64,000 bases of DNA from Antedon mediterranea. Its lineage: Eukaryota; Animalia; Echinodermata. Shown here one piece after another: positions 28,601 through 39,895 of the stretch. The first letter of the stretch is position 1; the number at the start of each line of letters is the position of its first letter. A model generated the notes under the pieces. It made no database searches. It was given only the letters and a program-made list of their open reading frames with translations, and was not told the origin of the DNA. The stretch spans positions 20,540,871 to 20,604,870 of the forward strand of contig NC_092676.1 of assembly GCF_964355755.1 (NCBI RefSeq), in the 5' to 3' direction. The position numbers and the translations under genes are program-made.

Positions 28601-31062
28601 CGGAGGTTAGATTAGCTTAAAGTTTAGAAATAAAACAAACATGTTACCACTTTATCATCTTCTTCATCACTCTTATCATCACCTTTAGCCTTCTTAGATT
28701 CAGGAGCCTATAGAATATAAAAGTAAAAAATATGGCTACATTTTGTTTTCAACCATTTACCTTCTAGTAGACATTCAGATTGTACAGGAAAAGGGGGTAA
28801 AAATCAATGTTAAAAACCGTTAAAATCTGCAATCGTTGATGATTTTGTTCATTTACCTCATCTATATCCTCCTTGAAATTCAAATACCAAACTCTGAGTT
28901 CACTATCACCACAACCAGTTATTAATTTACTGTCATCAAGGCAGATGAAATCCCAAACCTACAAAATTAAGTATTATTATAGAATTATTCTGGTAAATTT
29001 TGAAAACAGCTATACTGTTAATTGACGAGTCAAGTCGCTGAGCGGTTATGGCAAGAGCGCAGCAAAACATAGATTGGCACAGGCAAACCACGGTTCTGTC
29101 TGGTGGTAGAATAAGTCTCATTTAAAAGTGGAGGTCTAGTATATACATACTGAGATCTGACTCTTAGGGAGATGGAAGTTGTGGAATGTGTTGTCCACAT
29201 CAGTAATAGACAGGTTATTCCCCTCAACATTTTCATTAAAAACATTTAATACATTTCTGGTTTTAAATACAGGAATATAATTTATCAGTAAACATTTGAA
29301 CCTACCTCTGTCCGATGCCCAACTAATGTTTTAAAACAATGTTGTGTGTCCAAATCCCAGAATTTAATAAATGTATCTTTAGAGCTAAAAATAAATTAAA
29401 TACAAATCTATAAATAGAAACATGCAACACTGCCCTCAATTTTCTTCAATCTTATAATCAACTTATTTTTTTATTTTTTACTTCTATCGATAAAGATCTT
29501 TTTCATTCATCATTCATCATGTTTAAAGGGTCTTTCTGGCGCTGGAAAATCAAATCAAACGTCAATGAAAACGAAACATTGACGTTCGCTTATGATTTTT
29601 CAGGGCCAGACTGGAACCGTGCCTGAACAGTTGTGAAAGACCTTATAGAAGAGGAGATGCTAGAGGTTTACATTCAGTAGTGAATGAATGGCATACCTTA
29701 ATGTGACGACATACTGAAAATGAACTAAACTACAATTTACCTAGTTATCAATATATTCTTTGTCTTCATAAACTGACACTTGGTTACAATACCCTTGTGA
29801 CCTTTCAATCGGTACAATCCTGATTCATTAACGATATCCCAAAGAATAACATCTGTATCCTGAAAATAAGGGGGAAAGGAGAATATTGTTATATTAGGAA
29901 GGTGCATAATGTTAACAAAATGTGCAAAATATTACATTATACCACACCCATCACCTCACTCTGGTTATATACAACATATTATGGACACCTGGAAGCAGCA
30001 CACCAAGTTTAATAATAAATAATATACAAATAAAATCATCATTTTTAGCTAATAAATTTGACTTATAATTAGGATTAGTTGATTGATGCCTACCTTAACC
30101 TAACAACCACCACAACTGTGTTGAAGAAATAGAGAAAGGAAACATGTCTCAACTTTCCCACATGTGCACAATGTGGAAAAGTCTTTTTGTTTGTTTCTAG
30201 CTTGCCACAAATCATACTTTTTAACTGTTTTTTTTTTACTTATTGTCTTATTGAACAAAATTAGAAATTTGAAAATAAAAAACCAGTACCAACCTTTGAC
30301 CCAGAAGCTAATGTCAAACCTGCTCTGTCAAATGTCAAAGTTGTTACAGCAGATTTATGACCATTGAAAACTATATTTGGTTCACCACTGGAAAGGTCAA
30401 ATAACTGGATAGAACCATCAGCATATCCTACAGCTAAAAGTTTACTCTGAGGACATCCAGTAAGAGCAGTTACTTCATGTTTATTTCCTTCTAAAATTAA
30501 CACCTGTAGAAGAAAAAAAGAGGTGGGATTAGTCTGAATCCTAAATCAAGGGGTGGGATTGCACTCGAGAATAGGATTATACTCATATCAAGTAACATAC
30601 AATATTAATTCAACAATATTGTACAAGGGTGGTCCATCCAGTCGAAGCTGATCATTAGGGTCCCTCACAAAAATAGAACATGATGAGACATGTAACAAAA
30701 CAAATTAAATTAATATAATTTATAAAGATAAAATAAAGAACAACAAATTTAGAATAAAAAATTAAATGAATTAAATTAAATTGATCATCTCAGAAGAAGA
30801 TATTATTTATGAATTATGGATTAGTAGGTAACAATTACCTGATAAATAATTTGGATAACAATTTAATTAAATAAAAAAATACAATTTTCACCTTTTCATT
30901 CTTTCTGATATTCCAAATGATGACATGCTCGACGGCTGGAACAGCAATCAAATTACTGCGCTCCCCATCAAGGCTAATGTAAACAATGTGTGCGTTATTA
31001 CTCGCAACGACACCAAAAACCGTGCTTTGAACATATCGTAGATACTGTTTTGTGAGACCCAT
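10666..31062 (-). CDS. WDR3: WD repeat-containing protein 3 (UTP12/DIP2, SSU processome UTP-B subunit)
   Basis: About 22 exons from 31062 ([10 protein letters not shown]) through WD40 exons ([61 protein letters not shown]) to Utp12-domain exons at 11671-11543 ([11 protein letters not shown]), 11177-11082 and 10831-10666 ([13 protein letters not shown]). A probable non-coding first exon has its donor near 32008. Confidence 0.95.
11830..16987. repeat. Intronic satellite of mixed 18-bp and 23-bp units (left block)
   Basis: Unit TAGATAG(T/G)CTA(GA/TA/TC)CTA[CAGTA]G(C/T) is repeated over about 5.1 kb. It contains the palindromes TAGTCTAGACTA and CTAGCTAG. Confidence 0.97.
16988..19816 (-). mobile_element. 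5'-truncated non-LTR retrotransposon (CR1/L2 group, Crack/Daphne-like) with an uninterrupted APE-tail + RT ORF
   Basis: ORF 19791-17188 (867 aa) contains YRPP, GDYNI, IDNI, SDHFPI (APE end), [13 protein letters not shown] and YADDT (RT). The 3' tail is (TTGAA)-like at 16988-17005. TAGTTA is duplicated at both junctions. Confidence 0.95.
19817..20735. repeat. Intronic satellite, right block (same 18/23-bp family, degenerating after ~20460)
   Basis: The same units resume immediately after the LINE junction. Confidence 0.95.
21965..22230 (-). mobile_element. Nin/Deu-domain SINE; a degraded relative lies at ~57560-57800 (+)
   Basis: The minus strand reads GTCTTCTCGGATGAGGACATAAAACGTAGGTC...TGCACTTTTAAAGAATC...GAGTAGGAGGTTACCCCGGTGT, resembling the conserved Nin/Deu central domain. 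It is preceded by a degenerate B-box (GGGTTCAAAG) and followed by an A-rich tail. Confidence 0.65.
24436..24614 (-). mobile_element. MITE family (~175-200 bp); other copies at ~33410-33612, ~52160-52345 and a partial one at ~39160-39230
   Basis: Imperfect TIR TAACAACAGGA..CTGAGCTC and an internal inverted repeat GGCTGCGACA/TGTCGCAGCC. The core GAGCTCGCCTTGTCAAGATAGGAACTC is shared (with variants) among copies. Confidence 0.75.
25714..27190 (+). mobile_element. 5'-truncated L2-clade LINE (RT domain and 3' end), antisense in a WDR3 intron
   Basis: The ORF to 27115 has [47 protein letters not shown] and [13 protein letters not shown]. The 3' UTR has the GCGC...GCGCTATA stem typical of L2 and a (TAA)n tail. 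The 5' junction abuts a (TA)n run. Confidence 0.92.
27897..28438 (+). mobile_element. Kolobok-like non-autonomous DNA element, copy 1
   Basis: TTAA|AGGCCAGGTGC ... GTACCTGAGCT|TTAA. Highly similar to 62976-63569. Confidence 0.85.
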
Positions 31063-31362
31063 TGTGTCTTCAACTCTTTTTCAAATTGTTTAATTTGTCA
31101 TTTTATTCTCTATAAAAAAATAAATAAATGTCAATGAGAGGTCAGATCAATTGTGAAGTAAATTATATGCACAATTTGCAAACAAAATTGCATGTGTAAA
31201 ATATTTTCCAATTAATAACTATTAAAAAACCTTGAATAAACCAATGAATACGACTAGGATACTATTTTTTTTTTTATTTTATTTTTTTTTATATATTTAG
31301 GCAAATTGCCAAGGATAACCATAAGCAAATTCAATCACTATCCTTCTTAAAGGTGGCAATCC

Positions 31363-31535
31363 GTTCACGAGACAAACATATACACACAATGCTCTACATA
31401 AACAAAGTCTTTATTACAAGTCTTTGGGAGTGAAGTTGTAAATTGTCATTAGAAAAAATCCTGACATATGACAGGACTTGAACCCAGGACCCTTGGATTG
31501 GCAGCCAAGCATCATAACCACCAGGCCACAACTCC
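31363..31535 (-). mobile_element. tRNA(Gly-like)-derived SINE, copy 2
   Basis: The reverse complement matches 8148-8310 and retains CTGCCAA (GCC anticodon-like). Confidence 0.8.
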
Positions 31536-32650
31536 ATTCCAGTATGTATACGTCCTACTTCCAATTTAAAATTGTGCAAATGGTTTATTGCATTATTTTT
31601 CCAGTCAGTCTTTTTAAATTCCTTATTTATTATTATAATATTATTAATATTATTATTTTATTATAAATATTAAATAAATAAACATGCAAAAATAATTTAA
31701 ATTCCAGACAATTGTTTATTGTCTTGGTTTGGACTAGCTAGGCCTAGGCCTATACATGGATTTAACATGGCAGTGTAAAATGCTGAGGCACGAATCTAGA
31801 ATTAGTTTAGGCCTAGGCTTAGCTACCAGTCCTCTCAGACCTGCATTGGCTGTGAGATGTCGTCTGGCCGCTGTGATAAATGTTTGGTTTGCCCTTCCTT
31901 GCTTTTGGTTGGCCTGGCTAAACTGGTGCCATTCATTTCGTTTTAAAGAGCTGGCCTGGGATGTTAAACCTTATTTATAGAAAAGCATCACAATTACAAA
32001 TATTCTTACCTTGAATAGGCCTAGTATTTAACTCATATATTATTCTTAATATAAAAAACGCATGAAATAAATTTTGTCTTATCTACTATCGAAGAACACG
32101 TGTGTTGATGTGTGGTCGTCGCGTAACATAATAACCTTTGACCTTACATACTATCAACCAATCACATGTCTGCTCAGCACCGTTAGTACCTAGTAGTTCA
32201 CCACTCCACCACCACACAACATACACCACTACCACCCCTGGATTTTTGGGTTTACAAAAAGGTTTAGGCTTCTATTTGATGAGCTTAAGCTAGTAGTCTA
32301 GGCCTAGCTAGAGGCTACCAGTACTACACACTACATTGGGCTAGACTCTAGTGGTTACTAACTAAGGATTAGGCCGCCGCCGCCGCGCCTGTTTTTTGCT
32401 GCGGCCCTGGATATTTAAGGAGGCCGGCCCTAGCTAGGCTAGCTATCTACAGGGGGACTACTACTACTAGACCCCTACTACTAGGGTAGGCAGTAGAACG
32501 GCCTCTCGGCCTAGTCTAACTGGTAGTAGTAGGAGGCCAAGGCTTTTATTTTAGTTTAGGTCTAACTTGTTACGAATGCGACATACATGATGAGGGTATG
32601 ATCAATGGTACATTTTCATTAATATCATGTTTTGTTTAAGATTTCTAAAA

Positions 32651-34444
32651 ATGCCATCTGTGTTATCAACTCTACCCAAGGAATATGGCTACGTTCTAGC
32701 AACTGGAACAGCTAGCTATCTGATGTTGCAATATATGGTCATGAAAGTGGTGATGGCAAGAAAGAAGTACAAGGTCAAAGTAAGAAATTTGTCATAACAC
32801 AATCTCATCTGCGGTCCGTAGTACTGGTCATAATCCTGATTAACTTTCCCCAATATTAAGTCCATTATAATTTATATGCATGAGGTAATGCCTGTTTCGA
32901 AGTCTCAAAACAAACGTAGGCCCCAACTATAATAAACTGAATTGACTGGTCGACAAACACATAAATTAAACGCATCACCACAATAATTGTTTGGTGTCGC
33001 CGAAGCTTCCATTTATTTGTTGTATTGGCTACACCCAGCACGAAGCTCAATTGTCGACTGGCCCGCACAACAACCTGTGCAATGTTTATATATAGCTAAT
33101 TTGCATAAAGGTGTAACAAAGAACAATACAGTATGCTCTATTGCACACTGATGTATTCACCTTCTGAACAATGCCTGTATGCAAATATTATTGACCAACT
33201 CAATGTCTGCACACATTCTGTGCCTCTAGATAGTTTCTTTCTATTGTTATAAATTCAATTAATATATGTATTATTTTTAACAGTATCCTATTATGTACAG
33301 TGAAGACCAGCCTGTGTTCAACTGTGTTCAACGAGTACATGCCAACACGTAAGTATATATCCACCAACAGGTTAGAAAATAAAGAATGCTTACAGATAGC
33401 AAGGAAATCTAACAACAGTACACTGAGCTCGCCTTGCAAAGATAGGAACTCGTAACAGTCTTTTGATCTTATGTCTGGCTGCGACAAATACCAACAGTAC
33501 TGTACTGTACATATTCTCCGCAATGCGTGGTTTCTGTTAAGAGCCGTAGAACTGATCGTGTCTTAGCCACAGACAAACCCTTTGATCTCTGGAGCTCATC
33601 ATCCTGTTGTTAATTGTTATGACTGTTGGATTTGAATCAAAGACCCACAAATAATAATTGATCTGATCACTTTTATTATTAAATTATTTTCTTTTATTTT
33701 TAGACTTGAAAGTTATCCGTCTTTCATATTCTTCTTGTTAGTAAGCGGTCTTCGCTACCCAGTAAGTATTGCTTATTCAAATTCGTTTAAAGACATTTTC
33801 TTTGTCCAAATGTATAGATACAACATTACAATAGCAGTTCCCCCCTCACCCCCATGGTTCCACAATTTAAATAACACTGTTTTTTTTCGCAGCGTGCTGC
33901 TTCTGGATGTGGAATGCTGTGGATTGCAAGCCGTTTCTTTTATTCATTTGGTTATTCTACTGGAAGTAAGTACTTAGACTATAAGCTAGGCTTAATGTTT
34001 TTACTAGCACTTTCACTGCTGGCCTTGAGTGATTAATCAACATAATGACAAAGAGGTTGTGAAATGTGGTGTGCACTGCATTTATAAATACAAGAGTAGG
34101 CCTACTTGTACCCAAAGGACTCAATTAGGGGCTTACTTACCATGACCAACGAATGCAAACTCGTTCTTCCTTATAGCGAACTGCATTCACCCACCAAATT
34201 TGAAGACTGTGAGACCCCTAGTCTTTGAATAAAGCGAGACAGACATGTAGATATTTGATGAATTATAGTAAAGTACACACAGATTTTAAGTAAAGTTTAG
34301 ATCGAGTTAAGTATGGTATGTTCTTGTTTCTTTATAGATCCACAGAAACGTCATTATGGGAGCTTTGGATTCTTTCCTTATGCCGCTCTTTTTGGCATGA
34401 CAATCAGGATGACTGGAGAACATCTTGGTTGGTGGGGATGTTAA
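32651..34444 (+). CDS. MGST3: Microsomal glutathione S-transferase 3 (MAPEG family)
   Basis: Exons 32651-32779 (MPSVLSTLPKEYGYV...ARKKYKVK), 33284-33348 (YPIMYSEDQPVFNCVQRVHANT), 33704-33761 (LESYP), 33893-33965 (RFFYSFGYSTG), 34338-34444 (PQKRHYGSFG...WWGC*). It contains the FNCxQRxHxNTLE signature. The ORF track misses it because the exons are short. Confidence 0.93.
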
Positions 34445-34891
34445 CAATCCTGTTTAATACTATCATGTCTGATATTTTATATAGTTCAGGAAAATATGTA
34501 ATTGTACAAATGGGTGTGTGATATCAATATAACAAAGACCAAAGCTATAACAATTTTCTATTTTGTGATTAATGTTTTTGGATTGCAAAAACATTTAATT
34601 CAGTTTCTCCCTTGATTATCTTTTACATTAATGGCGATGTATATTTTTTAATAAACAATGATGATTATACAGTTTTCAAACAATTTCATATTGTTGGTTT
34701 GCTAATTTTAATATTTTTACTTTTGTTTTTTACTATATTTTAATCAGTTTTAATCAAGTGTAAATTTTGTATTCAATAATTTAGATAAGAGTTGGTCGTT
34801 CCAAAGATATTTATGGCATCTTTGTTTCTGAACTGCATTAAGTACTATACTGTACAATATGTATACATAATTTACCCCTTCTAGATTAGAC

Positions 34892-35215
34892 AGAGGTACC
34901 TTATTTTGTAGATCTAATAGGAGGTACCTTAGTTTCTTAGAACTAATAGAAAAGGTACCTTATTTTCGTAGATCTAATAGGAGGTACCTTATTTTCGTAG
35001 ATCTAATAGAAAAGCTAACTACCTTTATACATCTAAACTTGCTTGTGTCATGGAGGACCACAAAACTTGGAAATCTAGCTATGCTGATGTCTGATTGATG
35101 AAGATGGTCGACTGCGGTCGATATATGATATGATAACTACCTTATTTTCGTATATCTAATAGAAAAGGTACCTTAGTTTCGTTGATCTAATAAGGGAGAA
35201 CTTTATTTTAGATAT
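34892..35215. repeat. Short minisatellite (~29-33 bp units)
   Basis: AGGTACCTTATTTTCGTAGATCTAATAG occurs 4 times, then after a ~110-bp interruption 2-3 more times. Confidence 0.75.
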
Positions 35216-35782
35216 AAATAGAGTAATGAAGTATCAACAAATATGTATTATTTTATTGATGATTAAGTAATAAACCAAAATGAAAACCAATTTTTTTTCT
35301 GTTTTTTCAAATGTGCACATTAGACTGCTCACCCCTGACGAGAGTGAGAGTACATAATAATAGTACTTTAATTATCTTGTCTGCTTAACGGATTGACATA
35401 AACAGTCTACATATTGATTAGTTATTTCAAATTTTACTTCTTGGAAGAAATTTAAACAAAACATTGACATTCTTTAATTACTGATAAGGTATTGGTTTCA
35501 CATTTTATGCTAGTACAGTAGTGGGAACTTAGTGGATAGCCGACTTTGTTGCAATTGTTGACTGTGACCCCTTCCATATTGTACAGACATTGTTTTCCTT
35601 GTTATGCTTCACTGGTTCACAAGGCTTCTAATACTTCCTCATTCATACAAACAAAGAAATCATTGAACCAAGATATGACAATATTGTACCAGATTTTACT
35701 ACACTTAATAATAAGCCATAATTATTTCCGGGAGGAAATTTGAGACTATGTCCTATACTGTAGTGGTATAATTGTGTTAAGT

Positions 35783-38700
35783 ATGTTACCATCATGTTTG
35801 TTACTAAATACATGTTGTTACCAGGTGCTATTACTTACTATAATCATAGTTTATGCTACAACCGGTGAACTTCTAGGTCAACGAGGACCGAATCTGACTG
35901 TTACTGACGTAAATGACTGGCCCAGGGCTAGTGAATTTTTTAACAACTTCGGATTGCCATCTAAACCTTTAGTTGCAAGAGGAGTCGGAGTAAAATCGCC
36001 TGCGTTTAGGCTATGGACAGACGAATATTTGAGGCAACATGTTGACAATGAAATGATTGTTACTGTGGAGAGGGAGAAGAAAGAGGACAGGGAAAATGGC
36101 ATCGCTGAAGGGCTCACATTTGACGAATTCTTGTCAAGGTATCAGGAAGAACAAATGTATATGGTACAAGATATTCCAGAAACGCTAAAGTAAATTACAT
36201 GTTGTTTCCTATTTCTAGTTGAGAAAAAAAAGAGTCATTTCTACTATTAATCACATAGTAGGCCTATATAGAAATTAGAGACATAGTATAAATTAGGAAA
36301 TTTAGTTAATTAAGACGATTTTATTGCAATAACTCGACCATTATTCAAAATAACAATAGAAATTCCTCATTGAATCCATGCAGTAGAACTACTAGAACAA
36401 TAGGCCTTTTCCAGTACAGTATTTGGAAATATCAGCTTACATTGATTATCCGATCAAGCACAGTAAAAAAACATTCATGTACAACAGAAAGTTATTAAAA
36501 ATTCAGCTAAATTTGATAAAAGTCTAATAATATCCTTGAAGAAACTTTTTATTTTTGCGCTTATTATTATAAACATATTTTTGTCTTACCTTAGGAAAGA
36601 TGTGATTGTACCTGCACCTCTTCAGTGTCACGTAATGAGTGATAGTATAGCAATATCGGTAATATTTTAACCTGCTAATATTACTAAATAATCATAACAA
36701 TTTATAACGATTTACCATAGTTCCAGTTTCTTTGTTCGATTTTCATGAGATTTTCCAATATCGAAGAAAGAGTATGCCTAATACAAAAAGTAACATTTGT
36801 TGTGACACGCTTTTGCACCGTAGACACAATTCACATTTTCTCGATTTAAACATTGCTTTTAAACTTTAGTTGATGTGGTTTAGTAGTGGTGGTACATCGT
36901 CTGTCCTGCATATTGATTCAATGGATAACATAAACTGTGTGTTATCAGGCCATAAGCATGTAGTACTCATTGATAGAAAATATTCAAATAAAGTAAGTAG
37001 ACAAACATAATCTGAACTGTTTAAAAACCACGTTTAATGTTCTCTTCATTCAATTTTGTTTTTCTAAACAAAATATATACGTTAATGCTTATTGTGTCAT
37101 TTTTTCATAGCGTGTATGTTTTGTAAATTGTTTTGCCTGCAAAATAAATGGTAATTATTTGATTTTCCTACAGGTGTCTTTAGACCATCCTTCTGAAAAC
37201 TATTGTGGTGTGGATGTAGACAGGTAAGATTTTGAAATAAATAATTACTACATTTAGGCATAGTATTTACATTAGAGCCTAGCTAAATAGGATGAGGTGA
37301 CTAAAAAAACCCCACACTACCTAATACCAGCGATAAAGTCTTCTAAACACTAATAATTCATACTGTACGTTGTCAATCATAATAAAAAGTACCGATTTTA
37401 CATTATTTCCAAGTGTTGACTTTGATAAGTATCCTGGTCTTCTTGAAGTTGAATACTATCACGTTGATTTACATCCAGGTGATTGTTTGTTCATCCCATA
37501 TCGATGGTAAGTAATGAGATAATCCTACAAACAACTACTTCAAGAAATTGTCATTCATTAATAAACATCAGTAGGCGTTGGCTGAATGTACTGTCCTATG
37601 TACCGATTCTTCAGCTGCTGTCCCTAGGTAGATTTTAACTTACTATTGACAGTCAACTAAGTACGAGTCTATGTGTATTAAGTACTTTATTACAAAGCAA
37701 GTATTCGGAAATGGACCCAATTGCTGCCTAACTAAATGTCCAGGCCTGAAGTGTCCATCCATCGTGCTAAAATAAACAGGGTCAGAATGTATGTTACTGA
37801 AACCTGAAGTTTGAGTTTGCTACTGATTAGGAACATACCACTTCTTCTTAGGTTTCACCAGGTACGTTCTTCTCAAGAAAGAAACATCGCAGTCAACGTA
37901 TGGTGGAAACATTATACAATGCAGAAACAAAACTTTAGTCAGTGTTTGGATATTCCACCAGAAGAACTTCAAACTTTCGATAAATTCACGTTGGCGGGAA
38001 TGGATAATACGTTTGACGAATTGGATTTAATCAGGTAACTTTCTTTGTAGATAGGAATTTTGATGGTTTGCTTGGCGAAATAATATAATAATATAAAGTA
38101 AAATAAAAAACAATAACATACCGGTACATGGTGTACCACAAACTCATATCATAGTCGTTTACCCTTTCTTTGATGTAATCAAGTTGCTTTTCGACGACCC
38201 CTGGACCTTCTGACTATTGGCAATGTACAACATACCGTATAATATAGTTACACTCAACGTAAACTAACCAATGAGTTTTCATTTCTTAGGGATCACGTGT
38301 TATCGGTAACCAGAAACTATGATGGTCCAATGGAGTATGAAGATTTTAAAGTATCGATCTTTAAACCACCTCCCGACGAGACGGGCAGAGAAATATTTTT
38401 CACGATGTCAGAAGAGGTACGCTAACAATTCTCATTTAAACCTCGAAAGAATTTTTAATTTACATTCTCACCATAGGACATAATTATTTCAGGATCAAAT
38501 TTTTGGGTACACACTATTCTATTGTATTCTATTTATTTTGTATGTCGCACTACCAAGAACAGAGCACCTACAATATTTAAATTATGTTGATACAAAGAAA
38601 AGTCTTAAGATTATGATTAAATATAGGTGCTGACTTCGTTTCTCGCAAATCAACAGGAATCATGTTCCAGATGTGCGTAGCGGTGACAGAAAACGCGTTA

Positions 38701-39547
38701 TCACCAGTAGATTAATGTATGTACACATTGTTTTATTTCAACAGTTGTTCTTACATCTTGACGATAACTACGATGATATCATCGATTTTGAAGAAGTGTC
38801 AAGTTTAGAAGAAAATGTAAGTAACTTGACATCATGTTATAACAATATTATATTGAGAAATAGGTTTTTTTTTTCCAAATATAGTTAAAAACATTTTTTG
38901 GACCATTCCGATCATTTGTGATAAACAAATGTACAGACTCTCTTTCTCTCTCTTATAATGATGATAATCCTGTAAACGTTTTATGTGCACCGTTGTTTTC
39001 TCCTGTTATAATAATAGTTATGGGTTTTGGATCTCTGACGATGTATAGAAACGCTCAGTGTTTACGTTTAGGTTAAGTTAGTTTCAGCTACAAAGGAATA
39101 ACCGCACTAGGTACCATAATTATCAATTATCATTATAACTAAGACAATCCAAAAATAGAAAACTGAGCTCGCCTTGCCAAGATAAAACTCTTAACAGTCC
39201 TTTGATCTTCGATACTTACTTCGTCGCATATTTATCCAACTTAAATCGTACTAAAAGACTATAATTACCTGATAAAAATGTTTATGTAAAAAAGTAAAAT
39301 CTACAATTTGTGCCTATTATGATCTTTATAGGTGTGGCAGGAGATTTCAGTCATTTTAGGAGAGTTTACCATCAAAGTACAAGAATATGAACGTATCAGA
39401 AGTGAAGAGGAAATCAGAAGTGAAGAGGAATGGAAGGAACATGAGAATATAAAGAACGAATTTGAAGAAGACGAACATAAACAAGATGAAAGTATATTAT
39501 TTGAAGAGCAAGCAAAAGAACATGAGAAAATAAAGGATGAACTTTAA
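35783..39547 (+). CDS. JmjC (cupin_8-like) 2OG/Fe(II) oxygenase with signal peptide, EF-hand and C-terminal KDEL
   Basis: Exons ~35783-36189, 36595-36658, 36870-36992 (MWFSSGGTSSVLHIDSMDNINC), 37174-37223, 37413-37506 (LHPGDCLFIPYRW), 37853-38034 (FHQVRS...NIAVNVWW), 38290-38416, 38744-38816 (DDNYDDIIDFEE), 39332-39547 (..KIKDEL*). The start codon is uncertain. Confidence 0.85.
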
Positions 39548-39895
39548 CAACTTATTTTGAGTGAAAAATGAGTCGAAGAACAGATAAACTGGCAAGCCAA
39601 GTATTTATTTTTCTAAATTGAAATACATTACTTTCTGGGAAACAATTATTTCCCCTATCTATAACATAAGAAACTATTTTTATTATTTGTCGAACAAAAT
39701 TAAATGCTGAAAGACAACTGATAATACACAACAGCATTTGTGAATGGTTTCAGTGTCAACCTAATTTTAGAGATATTTTAAAAATATAAATAATCATACA
39801 TGGTGACATTTTTTGTTAACATTACCCATCTTAAATTAGAAATACATAGAAACGCTATCTAATAATATAAAATAGTCATGAATCTGTACATTTGA

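Noticed and set aside
20820-31062. Intronic snoRNAs expected in a ribosome-biogenesis host gene
   Set aside because: I found no convincing C/D box pair with terminal stems by eye; a snoscan/Infernal search would be needed.
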